Positions 1 to 12,597 of a stretch of DNA of 64,000 nucleotides are shown here, piece by piece (position 1 is the first letter of the stretch; each line of letters opens with the position of its first letter). The stretch is from Lepidodermella squamata (taxonomy: Eukaryota > Animalia > Gastrotricha). The stretch is taken from assembly GCA_047495785.1 (NCBI GenBank), contig JBLDXI010000054.1:248001-312000 (forward strand), read 5' to 3'. Below the pieces are notes generated by a model. That model had not been told where the DNA came from and made no database searches. It saw only the letters and a list, made by a program, of their open reading frames with translations. A program made the position numbers and the translations under genes.

Positions 1-439
1 ATCTCTCCTACAAATTTATCATTGACCATTTTTCATTTTGTCATTTTTTTCAATAATAATGATGAATAAATGTATAATTATGTGTAGCTTTTTTACTTTT
101 CACACATTTAAATTTCATTCATCAAAATGCGCATTTCAATTTTCTGGTCCATAAGGCATTAGCTATTCATAAAGTTTTGCTCACGTAATAGGATGGGAGC
201 TCACAAGGGACAAAAAGCTCCAAGCCCATTTTCCTTGAATTTTTCTGATGCTCGGTTCAAGAAACTCAATCGAGGTCGGTCATTTTTCTGAAAAATCAAT
301 AGGGAACTTTTTATGCAAGATTGGCAACCAGCCATCCAACCTTTCTTGGTGCCACATAGTCTAATACCTATTTTTACTAAAATTCCTTAAATTCTTCGTT
401 TTTCTACCTATCCCGTTCTTTTCTCTTCTCTGAATATAG

Positions 440-895
440 GTTCGAGCAGCACGGCCTGGAATACCGATTATTCTTGCAGCAGAGCGCTTTCAGCCGCGTG
501 TGGTGAGAACCGAAACCGACGACTCGTCTTCGGGCTCGTCATCAGACGAAGAATCAACCGCTTCTTCAAACCTGCACGTGCACCACCACGTAAAAGTATT
601 AACCCAAGCCGAGTGCCAAGCCGCAGCCAAAGAACTCGGAGCAGCCGGGTTCGTAGAATACGTCAAACCGCAAAGCAATACGCCAAACAGCAAAAAGCAA
701 GGAGATATCAAGCTAGATATCAAACAAGTTTTCGAGGCAGCTGTCCGAGCGTTTTCAGCACACGAGGCTGAAATCATCCACAACACCTCGGCGACAATAA
801 GTGGCGATGCTACGGCTCAAAATGCCATGAAACCTGAAGTCCCAGCCGCTGCGATTCAGACGCCGGCTAAAAAGCGATGTTGCTCAGTTATGTGA
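440..895 (+). CDS. Last exon of an atypical Rho-family small GTPase-like protein
   Basis: Acceptor aatatag|GTT at 440. Reads VRAARPGIPIIL...AKELGAAGFVEY...IKQVFEAAVRA...KKRCCSVM: a Rho-like C-terminal half with basic patch and CaaX. Upstream exons not identified. Confidence 0.6.
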   Translation, partial: VRAARPGIPIILAAERFQPRVVRTETDDSSSGSSSDEESTASSNLHVHHHVKVLTQAECQAAAKELGAAGFVEYVKPQSNTPNSKKQGDIKLDIKQVFEAAVRAFSAHEAEIIHNTSATISGDATAQNAMKPEVPAAAIQTPAKKRCCSVM

Positions 896-1555
896 GCAGG
901 TCAAAATGTCAAAATTATTTACATTATTCAAAATCTTAAGCTATGCCATAACAAATTATATCAAATTTTTATGAAATTAAATAGTATTTATCAAAACTGA
1001 ATGTTGTGAATATTTGTGAACTTATGGCCTTATTATATTGAATCATGACTTGAAACCAAAACCGCATTGTGCTCTTGAATCGCTGCTCTATATACATCTT
1101 GCCATTCTTTCCTGGGCATTTTCTCGTTTTTTTTCTGTAAATTTTCACATGATGCATTGTGCAAGATGATATATATCTGTATGCATGTCTACGTGTGTAA
1201 TTGGCGCAGCGTTAGCGCTTATATATTTCCGTTCAATTTCGTTCCATCTCGGCGAGGTCTCGATATTACGACAGAACAATAAAAATTTGAAGATTTCTTA
1301 ATTGTGGGTCTTCTCAAATTTCTGAAACGCAGGTGGCTTGTCACATCGATAAATCTATGGAGACATACAGAGTTGCTGAACCTACCACGTGACGGAACCC
1401 CATCACTTGAAGTCAAGTCACATTTTATTTATGTCTCAGGTTCGTGGGAAACAAGGCGAATAGCTCTGTACCGTGTCCATGTAGTTCTTATGTTATTACT
1501 GTAGCAGCGACTAGTAACGTTCTATAATCATTTTTTTGCATTTTCTACAATCATT

Positions 1556-2200
1556 ATGAGGGCCGTTATTGCTATTGCTGCTCTTATTGCAGTCGCCTTG
1601 GCTGCCCCACGGAAGAAACCAGGTAATTTAGCTCTATAAATTCACGCTGAATAATTAAATCCTGTTATAGACATCGCATGCCCAGATAGATTTACAGGAT
1701 TTTCGCTAATAAGGCTCTTTGCTGCGATGGCAACGCTAACCCGCTCAATTGGGGACGGAAATGCTGTGGCAAAGCTGCTTACAAACCTTTAATTCAGCAG
1801 TGTTGCAATTGCGCTGTTCTTCCGATTCTCACTGGCAAAAAGAATTGCTTCACAGAGGAACCAAGTAAGTATTGAACCATAATTGGTTGCAATGGAAGTC
1901 TGAGGCTAGTTTCTAGGTTGTGAGTTATTGAGGGTTTGAAATTAGTATATCTTAAGTTATACTACTGCATTTCCTCAATTTAAACAAATAATAGACTTCT
2001 GCCTGACCGAGGCGGAACCTGGTATCAGCAACAACGGCCCGTTCACGCCAACACAGTGCTGCGACGCAAATGCATACTTATGGGACCAGTACACGATCTA
2101 CTGCTGCTTAGCCTCGTACGATTCCATGGAACAGACGTGCTGCAAAAACGACAGGATCATCCGGGGGATGCAGCAGTTCCCTAAACAGTCCTTCTTTTAA
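1556..2200 (+). CDS. Secreted galaxin-like di-cysteine repeat protein, 3 exons (1556-1622, ~1671-1864, 1995-2200), possibly frameshifted
   Basis: Signal peptide MRAVIAIAALIAVALA; repeats CCGKAAYKPLIQQCC and CCLASYDSMEQTCC; GT-AG introns. Confidence 0.55.
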
Positions 2201-2350
2201 CTTATTGGAAGCTTATTATTAGATAAAAAAAGTCACGAGGTGCAAGTCTTTAGCTTATTAAACTTCGATGCTGAATTAGGTGTACCACTGTTATAGGTCT
2301 GGAACGTCATTCCAGTCAATTTGCAAGCAAAGCGATGAAGGGCGAACATT

Positions 2351-4299
2351 TTACTTCGTCGCGCAAAATTCGTTGCCTGTGAGCTCCATATACTGAAAAT
2401 TCGAATATTTTCCAATTCTACCTCAAAACAATCGTTTAGAAGCTTACATATAGCAAGAAACCATCGTTATCCAGCTGACCATTGTATCCATAGGACACGT
2501 AGTCGATGTTCGCCTGGCCCGGGTTGCAGTTCAGAAAAGCAACAGATCGCCGGTAGAGGCCATCAATATTGTCTGAATCGGCAACTAGGGCCAAGCTCGG
2601 GTTGGGATGGGTCGGTCCAGTTCGCATTTCGAAACGAGTTGATGCTGGCTTGCCGAGGTCCATGTTGTAGTCCCATTCGCTAGCGTACTCACAAATCTGG
2701 GAAAACAATTTTTCAGTCATCACCAAAATCAGATCTCAGCAACCTACAGCAGCTCTTCCATTGCAAACAGGCCACTGGGGGATGTAGAGGGGTTTGCAAA
2801 ACGCGAATGAATAACCAAATCGGTCATTACGCGTCACTAGCCTTGATTAATTCGAAGAAATAACGAGATTCTAATACTGAATAAGACATACGGTGAGGAA
2901 CTGTTCACAAGAGGCGTAAGGTCAATTTTTCCAGCTCCATTCGACAGCTCACAGTAACAGGTTCCACGTTCGTCATTACTACAGGGATTTACGGCTAAGA
3001 ACGAAGGTGGAAATTGATAAACAACGATTTCAATTCTAATTTTGCGTACGGGTGTTCTTCTGAGGGCAAAATGCTCTTCCATAAAAATCGGCGTACTAAA
3101 AAACGTAAACCAGGTATTTTTCATAATTTCAGGGCGAATTTCTTACGTAAACTAGATAACCATCCGGGTCGACACTTTTCGGGCTGTAGTTGTTGAATTG
3201 ATACCCACTGACCAAGGATGTTGTAGTCGAGTCGCAGTTGAGAAAAGTCACGGACCGCCTCAAGATGCCATCTGGGTTTACGGATGCATCCATGACTAGT
3301 GCCAAGCTATTCTTCCCAAGGGGAACCCTTTGCCGTAGTTCGAATCTTGAAGTGACCGTATTGCCCAAGTTCATGTTATAGCCAAGTTTAGTGGAATATT
3401 CGCAGTACTTGAGAGAAAATTCATAATCACATCAGAAAACTTAGATCAAATCACCGAAGCATTTTTATCGCAAATCGGTAGGGACGGAGCTTTCAGGGCG
3501 CTGCAAAAGCTGAAGGTATAATTGAGCGCTCCAGCTGTACCTTGAAAGGTCAAGCCGAAATCGCCGAGAGATGAAAGATCGATAATCCCGGAGCCGTCCA
3601 CCAGGTCACATGTGCAAGCCCCGGGTGAATTGATCTTGCAAGCACCTTCTGACGGAACAAGGCAACATTTGCTGCATCGAACCTCCGAGTACTATCAAAA
3701 GATTCAGCGAAAATATAGCAGATACGAAAAAATTACATAAAGCAAGTAGCCATCATTATCTTGATCGGCGTTATACTTGTAAGGAACGAAAACGGGATCT
3801 ATGGCCGCCGGGTCACAAGTTAGGAAGGCAATAGATCTCCTATAATTGTCACGGCTTATTCTAGTGTTTCAACGTTTAGTTATTATTCTCACGTGAAGAG
3901 CTCGTAAGTTGAATCTGTAACCAGCGCCAGTCGCTTTTCGTTGCTTCCAGGCATAACTCGCCATTGGAAATCAGTCGTAGCTGGCTCACCAACTGCTAAA
4001 TCATAGCCCTCGGACCACTTCGCATATTGGCAGACACTCGCTCGGTTGTAGCAAGACCTGTAGTCACTGTTATCCAACTTTGAGCAGAAGCGGAAGTAGT
4101 AACTCCACGTTTCATCGCTGTCAGTTCCGTTGAAAGTTAGAGTTGCGTAGCTGGTCAAATCAATTGAGGTGGATCCGTCTGCCAAGTTACAGCTGCAACT
4201 ACCCTTTTTGAAATCCGGAGTGCAGGCTGACTGCGAATTGACGGCCAAAAATCCTCCCCAGAGCAAGAGAACAATTTGGGAAAACCTATTTGGGAGCAT
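2351..4299 (-). CDS. Secreted multi-exon protein with three tandem MRH (mannose-6-phosphate receptor homology)-like domains
   Basis: Signal peptide from ATG 4299. Three repeats of C-x-C-x-L-x-(D/N)G-x-x-x-IDL...Y-x-F-x-FC...RSVxFLxC...DG(Y/F)L(L/V)Y. Repeats 1 and 3 share an LLY|Y intron position. Last exon YMELTGNEFCATK*. Confidence 0.55.
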
Positions 4300-4835
4300 T
4301 TTTTTCATCGAAGTACAACAATTCAGTAATAACTTTTCTCCAGAGGTTTTCTTCAGAGGTTTGAATCTGAGTTGATTATTATTCCGCCCTTTATTGTCGG
4401 CATTTATGACAGGCAAATAATACCGAACAACTGAAATTACTAAATTCTTCGCCTTATCACAATTTAACCTAAATTATTAAGTCAGTACAAGGCTATAGCT
4501 ATAAAACAAACCCCTGGGTTTATCCCTCCACGCCCATGTAAATACCGGACTTTCTCTCTATTTTCTCTCTATTTCTCTATTTAGTAAACCTCTCACTTAG
4601 TTGCCCAAACTTGTTCAATTTTGCAGGACTTTTTGAACAAAAAATCTCCTTATCTTCCGGTTTTCAATTTGAGAACGGAAGGTGATAACATGAGAGTAAC
4701 TGGAAAAACTGTTCGCTCACTATAGCTTTCGCTCGTAAAGCTTTAACAATTTTGAAAAAAACTTACAATGCTAAGATGATCACACTATGTAAACGTATAT
4801 AAAGTAAAAAAAAATAAAAAAATAAAAATAAAAAT

Positions 4836-4917
4836 TGGCAGCTGTGGGGTTCGAACCCACGCCTCCGAAGAGACTAGAGCCTAAATCTAGCGCCTTAGAC
4901 CACTCGGCCAAGCTACC
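4836..4917 (-). tRNA. tRNA-Leu (anticodon TAG)
   Basis: GGTAGCTTGGCCGAGTGGTCTAAGGCG-CTAGA-TT-TAG-GC-TCTAG, long variable arm, GTGGGTTCGAACCCCAC-AGCTGCCA. Downstream T-run terminator and upstream TATATAAA. Confidence 0.97.
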
Positions 4918-5421
4918 ATGTGTACTAACAGGGCGGTGCTATGTTCTTTATATATTGCACACTCCGCGTGCATGCGTGTACTTAATATTATCATGCATGT
5001 GTGCGCGCTGCTTTTCGCATGGGAGTACTGCGTTCATCACTAATAATAATAATAGAGATAAGAACACACACGCGCATGATAATATTAGAAAATAGCAGTG
5101 AATAATTTGATTTCAGGATTGCATATTAATTTTGTTCCTATGAATATGAATGTTTCGAATATTTGGATCAATTAAATATCAAAAAAATGAATCCGATGAC
5201 AATTTCGATTTGCGCATGGATTTGTGAGCGAATAAGGAAAAATGTCCACGGAAAGCCACAAGCTTGCGTGGTCAACATTTATTGACAAACTCGACTATTT
5301 GAAGCCCAAAACGCGAGTTTATATACTGTGGTTTAATTTTCCAAGCATAATTGCATATTTTTGAGGACCTCTAGAAGTGTTTTGACCTTCCACTGGAGCG
5401 GAATTATAGGCATTTTGAAAT

Positions 5422-7803
5422 GGTATTCCCCCACATGCGCAACCTCCACTTGCGCAACCTCCACTTGCGCAACCCTTGAGTATTATTTAAAAGGTAAATA
5501 ATAATACTGATGTTCACGCGCGTGTACTGCGTGCACATCTTGACTGCAAAATGTGCAGTTAAATTGTGCAGCGCGTTTATGATACCTATGACGAAATGAA
5601 ACAAATGACGCGCAGATGTTGCACCTGGTATATTTAAGTCGCTTCGAATGAAGGAAAGGTTACTATCAGCACGAATTAAATTAATTTAAATAATTCATGA
5701 TCAACTGCGAGAACTGCAATCGTTCTTTCAAAGGCCCAGCCGGGCTGTCTTGTCATCTGAGAGCGGGTAAATGTGCTCCGATTGCTGTTCAGCCTCGACC
5801 GCCACAGCCAGAGCCGCCTCGAGATCCTCCAAGAGATCCACCGTCTCCGCCCACCAACAACAACAGCCAAACACCACAGCACAGCCCTTTGCTCACGCCT
5901 AAGACGCGCGAGATTCAGTTTTTGCGCAATCTTTTGCGCCAGCGTCTCAAAGGCCAGGAGGAGGAGGAGCAACAACAGAAGGAGAGGCAGCGATTAGCCG
6001 AGCAAGAGCGGGACATCGACCCCGGGCCAGCGGCAGCACATAAGATATACGAATCGGGTACAACCAAAGGCCGACCTTTGCTGTGCTACAACGGCAATCA
6101 CTACTGCGAGGCCAAAACCAAGAGCGGCCGGCCATTCTGGCGATGTATACTCAATCGCAAAACACGCTGCACTGCGAAAATCTACGTGCGTGACAATGGC
6201 ACGCTTGATATCCGAGGACAAAGCAATGACGGCTCGTGCCACCTTAATTATCACGGCGGCAACACAAAAGTAGTTTTTTCTTCTAATTTTGCGAATAAAG
6301 TTAAATTAACCATCGTTAATTCAGGATTGTGCCGTTCATCACGAAATTATGGCCTTGCGCCTCGAGGTCAAGGAGCGCAAAACCGAGCCGGTGCACAAGC
6401 TGCACCGAGAGAAAATCATCGAACTCAAGGGCGACGAGAACAGGAAACACCTGGTTGACGAGTTTCCGACATTTTACTCGCTTCAGTCAGTGCTGTATCG
6501 CGAACGCGACAAGGTAATGCCGAAGAGGCCGACAACAGTTGCTGAGTTTATCTCACTGCTCGAGGCGTCCATGGTCGATGAGTTCGAGGAGGTCTTCCGG
6601 CCTTACCTGACTACGCATGACAACAGGCACTTCGTGGTGGGCGCGGCGCAAGAAAACGAGCGCGCTGCTGTTGTTTTCGCAAGCCCGGCCGGTCTTCAAC
6701 GTGTGCGCGACGCTAATCGAGTATTTGCTGACGGCACTTTTAAGGTAATTAATCCTCCTTAATCTTGTTGACTCACGCGCTTAAGTGGCTCTTATTTACC
6801 TAGATCGTGCCCAAATTGTTCTTCCAACTGTTTATATTTCACACCTTACATGAGCATGAAGACGAGTGGGTGGCGCTTCCGGCAATTTATGTACTGTTAA
6901 CTAAGAAGGATGAAGACACTTATCGGCTTATGTTCCGCATTCTTACGCAGGACGCCCAGCTCAATTTCGCTGCCATGTCTATTACCGTCGACTTCGAGAC
7001 GGGTTTTTTACCCGTTATGCGTGACTTCTTCCTCCGCATCATCGGCTGTTTCTTTCATTATTGCAAAGCGCTGCTGGCATGGGTGAAGGACCGCGGACTT
7101 TGGCGGCGATATCGCGAAGTCGCAATTGTTCGCCGCTTCGTTCGGCGCTACATGGCGTTGGCGTTGTTGCCCGTGGAATTAGTCGAAGTCGCAGCAGTCG
7201 AACTACATCGCGATGCGCCTCCGTCTCTTCGTGGTTTCGTCACTTACTGGGAGGACCAGTGGTCCGAAGAGGGCCGAGGTGCGAAGCCGGCGGAATGGAA
7301 TGTTTGCTCTCAAGTTCACCGTACCAACAACATCGGCGAGGGCTACAATTCGAAAATCAATAAATTGGCCCATGGCCGTCGGTTGGCTCTCTGGAACTTG
7401 GTCGCTCTTCTGCGTGATGAGGACACCGAAGCTGCTGCCAAGGTGGAACAAATGCGAAGCGCCGCGGGCGGCAGGCTGCGCCGACGAGTCCCAAAATATA
7501 TCAAAATTAATAAATTAATTCAAGAAATTTGCACTGAATTTGAAGACCTCCCACAACCTTGGCCAAAAGATTATATTTACTCCGTTTTAGACCGATTTTC
7601 GAATTTGTTGTTGTCTATGAAATCGATTTATAAGTGACTCTTTTGTTGTTGGCTGCATATTTACAATAAAGTTGTTGTTGCTTTATTGTGAACTTGTTTC
7701 ACCACACAACACGCGCACGCGCATTACTAATACGCTAAATAATACTCAAGGGTTGCGCAAGTGAAGGTTGCGCAAGTGGAGGTTGCGCAAGCGGGAGTAA
7801 ATC
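5422..7803 (+). mobile_element. Mutator-like (MULE) DNA transposon, apparently autonomous
   Basis: ~68-bp TIRs each with three 15-bp ACTTGCGCAACCTCC-type repeats; 8-bp TSD TTTGAAAT (5414-5421 / 7804-7811); encodes a transposase. Confidence 0.93.
5697..7637 (+). CDS. MULE transposase with C2H2 and FLYWCH domains (exons 5697-6269, 6325-6744, 6804-7637; ~608 aa)
   Basis: Two phase-0 GT-AG introns join three ORFs in frame. Motifs DGTFK..PKLFFQL, DFE, GCFFH, TNNIGEGYNSKIN; FLYWCH-like GRPLLCYNG...FWRC...C...H. Confidence 0.9.
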
Positions 7804-8201
7804 TTTGAAATATCCCAAGTAAAATTATTTAGGAAACACCAACCGCTATCCGAATCAGCAATAAGACTATAGCCAGTTAGAACGATAGAGTCCAGTAAAA
7901 TGGAAACATTTTTCATTGCAAGGCTTTTGGGGTTATGCAGGATAATGCATTCATTCCCCATGACAGGAAATCGAAGTATGCGAAAAGCTTTTAGTAGGTA
8001 TATATAAATTAGTGTGAAGTAACTGATAAATAATTTCAAGTTACCGTTTGCGAATCTATTGATTTCGATCTGTGCAAAATTCCGATCTGACAGCCGAGGG
8101 AAGCAATTTCCGTCCTGACTTGGAACGTTATGCCACTAGGCAAACAAGCCGTTCGCGCCTCACTCATTTATATTACTCAGTCAGTTGACAATTCAAAAAC
8201 G

Positions 8202-9317
8202 ATGATTTCATTCGCATTATTCATGGCTTTACCAGTCACTGCAGCATTGAGCAACGATGATGACATACGCGCTCGGATTCTCAAAGAATGCAATGTCCTA
8301 CCAGGGGCCACGCACCCTGATGAGTACAGAACTGACAACTCGAGAAGTAGCATGGAAGCATTGTTCCTCTACTTGCGCCTGGTTGACGTAGACGACATCG
8401 AAGAAACGGTTTCAATCACTGGTTTACTGCTTTTCACCTTTGAAATCGACTGCATTCGAGAGGCGGCGATTCGCTACAACGCAACTCAAAAGGTGCCGTC
8501 TTACTGGTGTATGACCAATGTCGATGACTACTGGCGGCCTGGTGTGGCTAATGACAACAGTTTTGAAGACTACGGCCTTTCGACCCATGTTTACCCGGCT
8601 ACCTCAGTTTTTCCATTCAAAGGCCTGGTGAAATTCGCGTATTCAGGGAAATTCACTGTTACATGCGATTTCGAATTGGAAAAGTTCCCATTCGACGAGC
8701 AGTTATGCTATATCCAAGCCAGCGTTTGGTTGTCGAACTCAACAATCCATGCTAAGAGTTACTACAGCGCCATTATGGGCGAATCATCTGATAACGTTGG
8801 CTGGATTATGGGAGAGCGGTTTGAAAGGCTCTACCTCCTGCCATACACTGAGGATGTGAACTACCACTCGTTCAAATTTTACTTCAGATTGCAACGAGAG
8901 CCTAATTACTACATCCTCAACCTCGTCGGGCCTTGTTTCGTGCTAACAATCGTTCAATTCGCGACGGCTTTTATCCCGAGCGACGCCCCAGACCGGCCCA
9001 GTTTCTCAGTTACAGTTTTACTCGCCTTCACTGTGGCTCAGAGTCAAGTGTTGGCGAATGTCCCGAAAACGCCATCGAACATTCTACTCTCAGATCTGGT
9101 TTTCGGACAAATTGTAGCGTCTATGATCATCACCTGCTACACAGCGGTTATTTGCGCAGTCTGCAGTGCCGTGAGCGATGACTGCATGAACAAATGTGTT
9201 CTAATCGGAAATTGGAGCATCCGCCGTTGTCGCATTGTTGATCTTGTGTTTTTCTCCATTATGGCTCTTTTGCTGTTAGCATTCGATCTAACTCTTTTCT
9301 CGAAGATTATCAGCTGA
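8202..9317 (+). CDS. Cys-loop ligand-gated ion channel subunit, divergent and intronless (copy A)
   Basis: Signal peptide, WRP motif, Cys-loop CDFELEKFPFDEQLC, R-x-P-x-YY pre-M1, M1-M4. Confidence 0.9.
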   Translation: MISFALFMALPVTAALSNDDDIRARILKECNVLPGATHPDEYRTDNSRSSMEALFLYLRLVDVDDIEETVSITGLLLFTFEIDCIREAAIRYNATQKVPSYWCMTNVDDYWRPGVANDNSFEDYGLSTHVYPATSVFPFKGLVKFAYSGKFTVTCDFELEKFPFDEQLCYIQASVWLSNSTIHAKSYYSAIMGESSDNVGWIMGERFERLYLLPYTEDVNYHSFKFYFRLQREPNYYILNLVGPCFVLTIVQFATAFIPSDAPDRPSFSVTVLLAFTVAQSQVLANVPKTPSNILLSDLVFGQIVASMIITCYTAVICAVCSAVSDDCMNKCVLIGNWSIRRCRIVDLVFFSIMALLLLAFDLTLFSKIIS

Positions 9318-10094
9318 ACAATTCATTCCGACGGCAGATGATTTGAATCCATCCCATTTTAAGAAATTCTTTCGAAAGTTAGAAATCTAGTTTCCAACTA
9401 ATTTGTTGTGCTAATTATTAGTAAGATCCTTATTGTTCCTAGAGCTGTTAATTGTGATAAAAATAAATCCAGAATAATTAAAACCCTGTGTTCATCACTG
9501 TGGGCAGTATTATGACTGGAGAACTTCGGCTATTTCGCGATTTCGTCTATTAATAGAAACAGCAGCTGATGGATTATATTAGTTCCCATACCTCCAGGTT
9601 TTTACTTTGGGGCGTCGAACTTCGGACCGAATTGGCAGGAAAAACGCTTTTTTCGTCTCAAGAAACTTGTTTGTCAGCTTGGCCGATTCGGACCTGATTT
9701 GAGATTTGAGACAGGGTGCAATCATGGACCCTGAATCTGCAAGGGAAGGACAACAATGTTTACAGTAATTCTCAAAATTATTTGTAATATCGACCAAAAC
9801 ACGAGCGAAGATTTCCCTCAAAAAAATGCTCCAAAGCCTTCAAAATTGAAACACGCCCCAACACTTTCATAAAATACAAACGAGCTGATTATGAGACAAT
9901 TCGGATTAATTATTACAGGGGTCAATTAGCAATAAATGAATGTTACAATTTGGCAATTGACAGTGCTATCTCAAGATACTTCACAACAAACTAATGATTG
10001 AAAAGATAACTAATATAACGTGGATGGGAGCTATTATCTTATAAGGCGCAAGCGGGAGAGGATTGGGAGATGAATAAGGGGATGGATTATGTTC

Positions 10095-10848
10095 TCAAGT
10101 CGTTTTGGATTTCTTCACCCCTTTGCCACGTAGATATTCCAACATTTCGTCACTCTTTTCAGTTACGATGGCAAACTGTAACACCGATTCGCCATCCGAG
10201 TTGACCACATTCAAATCAGCGCCAGCATCCTCAACCAGATACTTCATAACGTCCATATCATCGACGGCGAAGAACAAGTGTGCCATTCCCATTTACATCA
10301 GCTCCCTTAAGAACCAAGTATTTGACGAAATTGAGAAAACCATGCTCGGCTGCAACTGCGATAGGTCGTCTGTTATACATGTCCGATCGGTCAATGGCAG
10401 CTCCATTTTCAAGCAGAACCTTGGCAATGTCCAAATGGTTGTAAAATGCCGCATTCATCAGAGCTGTCCCGCCACTTTGGTCACTTGTATTGACATCGGC
10501 TCCTTGTTTAATCAAGTAATCCACAACCATGGCATTGCCGTTTCCAACAGCGTAGTATAACGCTGATTTTTTCGATTCATCTTTTTCGGATATATCAGCG
10601 CCACGTTGTAGCAATAATTGTACGATGTTTACTAGTCCAGCTTGAGCAGCAACCATCAAAGGGGTTTTCCCTCCCACCTCCTCGCGAGCTTCAATCGATG
10701 CTCCTCTGTCCAGGAGGATTTTAGTGATCTCCTCGCGATCCGCAGGCTTTTTATTGCATTGAACTGCTCTGTGAAGCAGAGTGCCACTTTTGACCCTAGC
10801 AATCGCGGAAACAATGAAATACTGACCCCTTAACCTTTCAAGATTCAA
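10095..10848 (-). pseudogene. Ankyrin-repeat protein, 3' part, with a frameshift near 10290
   Basis: Ankyrin repeats (GKTPLMVAA, GGTALMNAA, GADVN) continue in a different frame (ORFs 10258-10848 and 10095-10292). Confidence 0.7.
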
Positions 10849-11042
10849 GAGGGTTCATTACGCCCAAGGGACAAAAAATACGATGTTGCATCATTGCGGG
10901 CATTTATTAAAATCGCGACCGAGGTTCGCGAAGGCGCACACCTGAGCTACTTGATTCACTGGAATGTCATATGCAGTAAAGCCAATATTTAAATTTCTTA
11001 ATGTGTAACAAAATTGTCAAAATGCCAATTGAATTTTGGGAT

Positions 11043-11197
11043 GGTTTCAATTTACCGTAGTTACCGAAATACTAACCCGGGCTTGTACAAAAAAGATACC
11101 GTAATGCTGCAAATACTAACCCGGGCTTATGCAAAGTTGGAAGGCCAAAAATCACCAGGGTGGACTTGTATTTCGGTTACTACGGTAAATCTGAACC
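11043..11197. mobile_element. MITE-like element
   Basis: ~30-bp imperfect TIRs (ATTTACCGTAGTTACCGAAATAC / GTATTTCGGTTACTACGGTAAAT); AATTTTGGG occurs on both flanks. Confidence 0.6.
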
Positions 11198-12597
11198 AAT
11201 TTTGGGGAGAATCGGAGGAGCTTGAAAGCTTGAATATTTCATCAAAATTACGGTACTCTTCCTTGACCATAGTCGCAAGACTCCCATACTATTGGACCAA
11301 TTTTCCGCCAATTAGGATTGAATTTGCCGCCTGTTGCCGCATCGATCTCTGCTATTATTGATTTTGCAGCAGATGCAGTCAAGTCCTTGGAAAGGGTGTC
11401 GAAAAGGGACAAGTACAGAGATTCAACTTTGCCATTTTGCTTATCCTATTCAATGTCAAACTTTTGTTATAGTGTGTGAAAGGTGAAATGGCGGCCCATA
11501 GAATGAAAAATTAAACCGGAATAATAACACGCTTACCTGGACCTTCTTTTCCTGTCTTCTATCCTGCAAAAGAGTTTTGTTTATAAAACGCAACCTGGAA
11601 CATAATTGACGAAGCCATTGATACCTTCGTAAAGCATGCGATAGTCGAACCAGAAATGGCGAGAAAGACCACCAAACCATACATCGCATGATTTCCCATT
11701 TATTAGTAGCCTGGATCTGCTATACTCTAGGACAACGGTTTGGTTTTTGTTGCGTTTTCTAATTACTGCTGCGTAGTTGGAGCAGTTGAAAATTATAATT
11801 CCCTAATTTAAATAGATTGAAAACGTTTTTGTACCTACGCCGGAATGCGCGGTAAGAATGCAAATAAATCAACAGGGAACAGCTGAACAGGTGGCCATAG
11901 CTATACGGAGTGCTTCGAACTTCACTATTTACGCTAGGTATTCGATCATATCTCCGCGAATGAATCATTTCTTTTGCAGAATCGCAGATATCTCCTAGTG
12001 ATGTTTGGTCTACATGAGGCCTAGAGCCTAGATGATTGCACTCGACACTCGATAGCTGTTTCCTCGACATCGTGACATCTCATCTTGGTTCCTGGATTGG
12101 AAAACAATTTGTTGATGTATTTGTCAAAATGTGAGCGATTTCCATTTGGATTTCCATTTAGAAAAGGGTGAATTTATTTTCGTTTGAATTGCAATTAGCA
12201 GAATGCGCTATGAGAAATTTGCTAGCCATAGAACGATTAACTCCATGTCCGGTTGAAACCGTTGAAATCGTTGACAGTTGGCGAACATTTTCCAGACCAT
12301 CCAAAGCTTCCTGGTTCCAGTTCCAGATACAAATAATTGAGCCTTAGTTAGAGATATAGCGAAATTGAGTTTGCGAAAGGCTCTTGAAAGCTATCAATTA
12401 ATTGCCGTGCCAATAAAATACTCCCTTTACGCAAATCAGAATTTTTCTGGATGCAAATATATTGATTTGCAAAGAACTCAAACTAATAGCCGAGGGAAGC
12501 AAACTTCCGTTCCAACTTGGAATGATTTGCCCCATCTAGGCAAACAAGCCGTTCTTGCCTCGCGCATTCAAACACTCAGTCAGCTAATTCCGCAACG

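Noticed and set aside
4835-5095. 86-aa ORF MAAVGFEPTPPKRL
   Set aside because: Antisense reading of tRNA-Leu.
5433-5477. Short direct repeats as a CRISPR array
   Set aside because: No spacers; they are MULE TIR sub-repeats in a eukaryotic genome.
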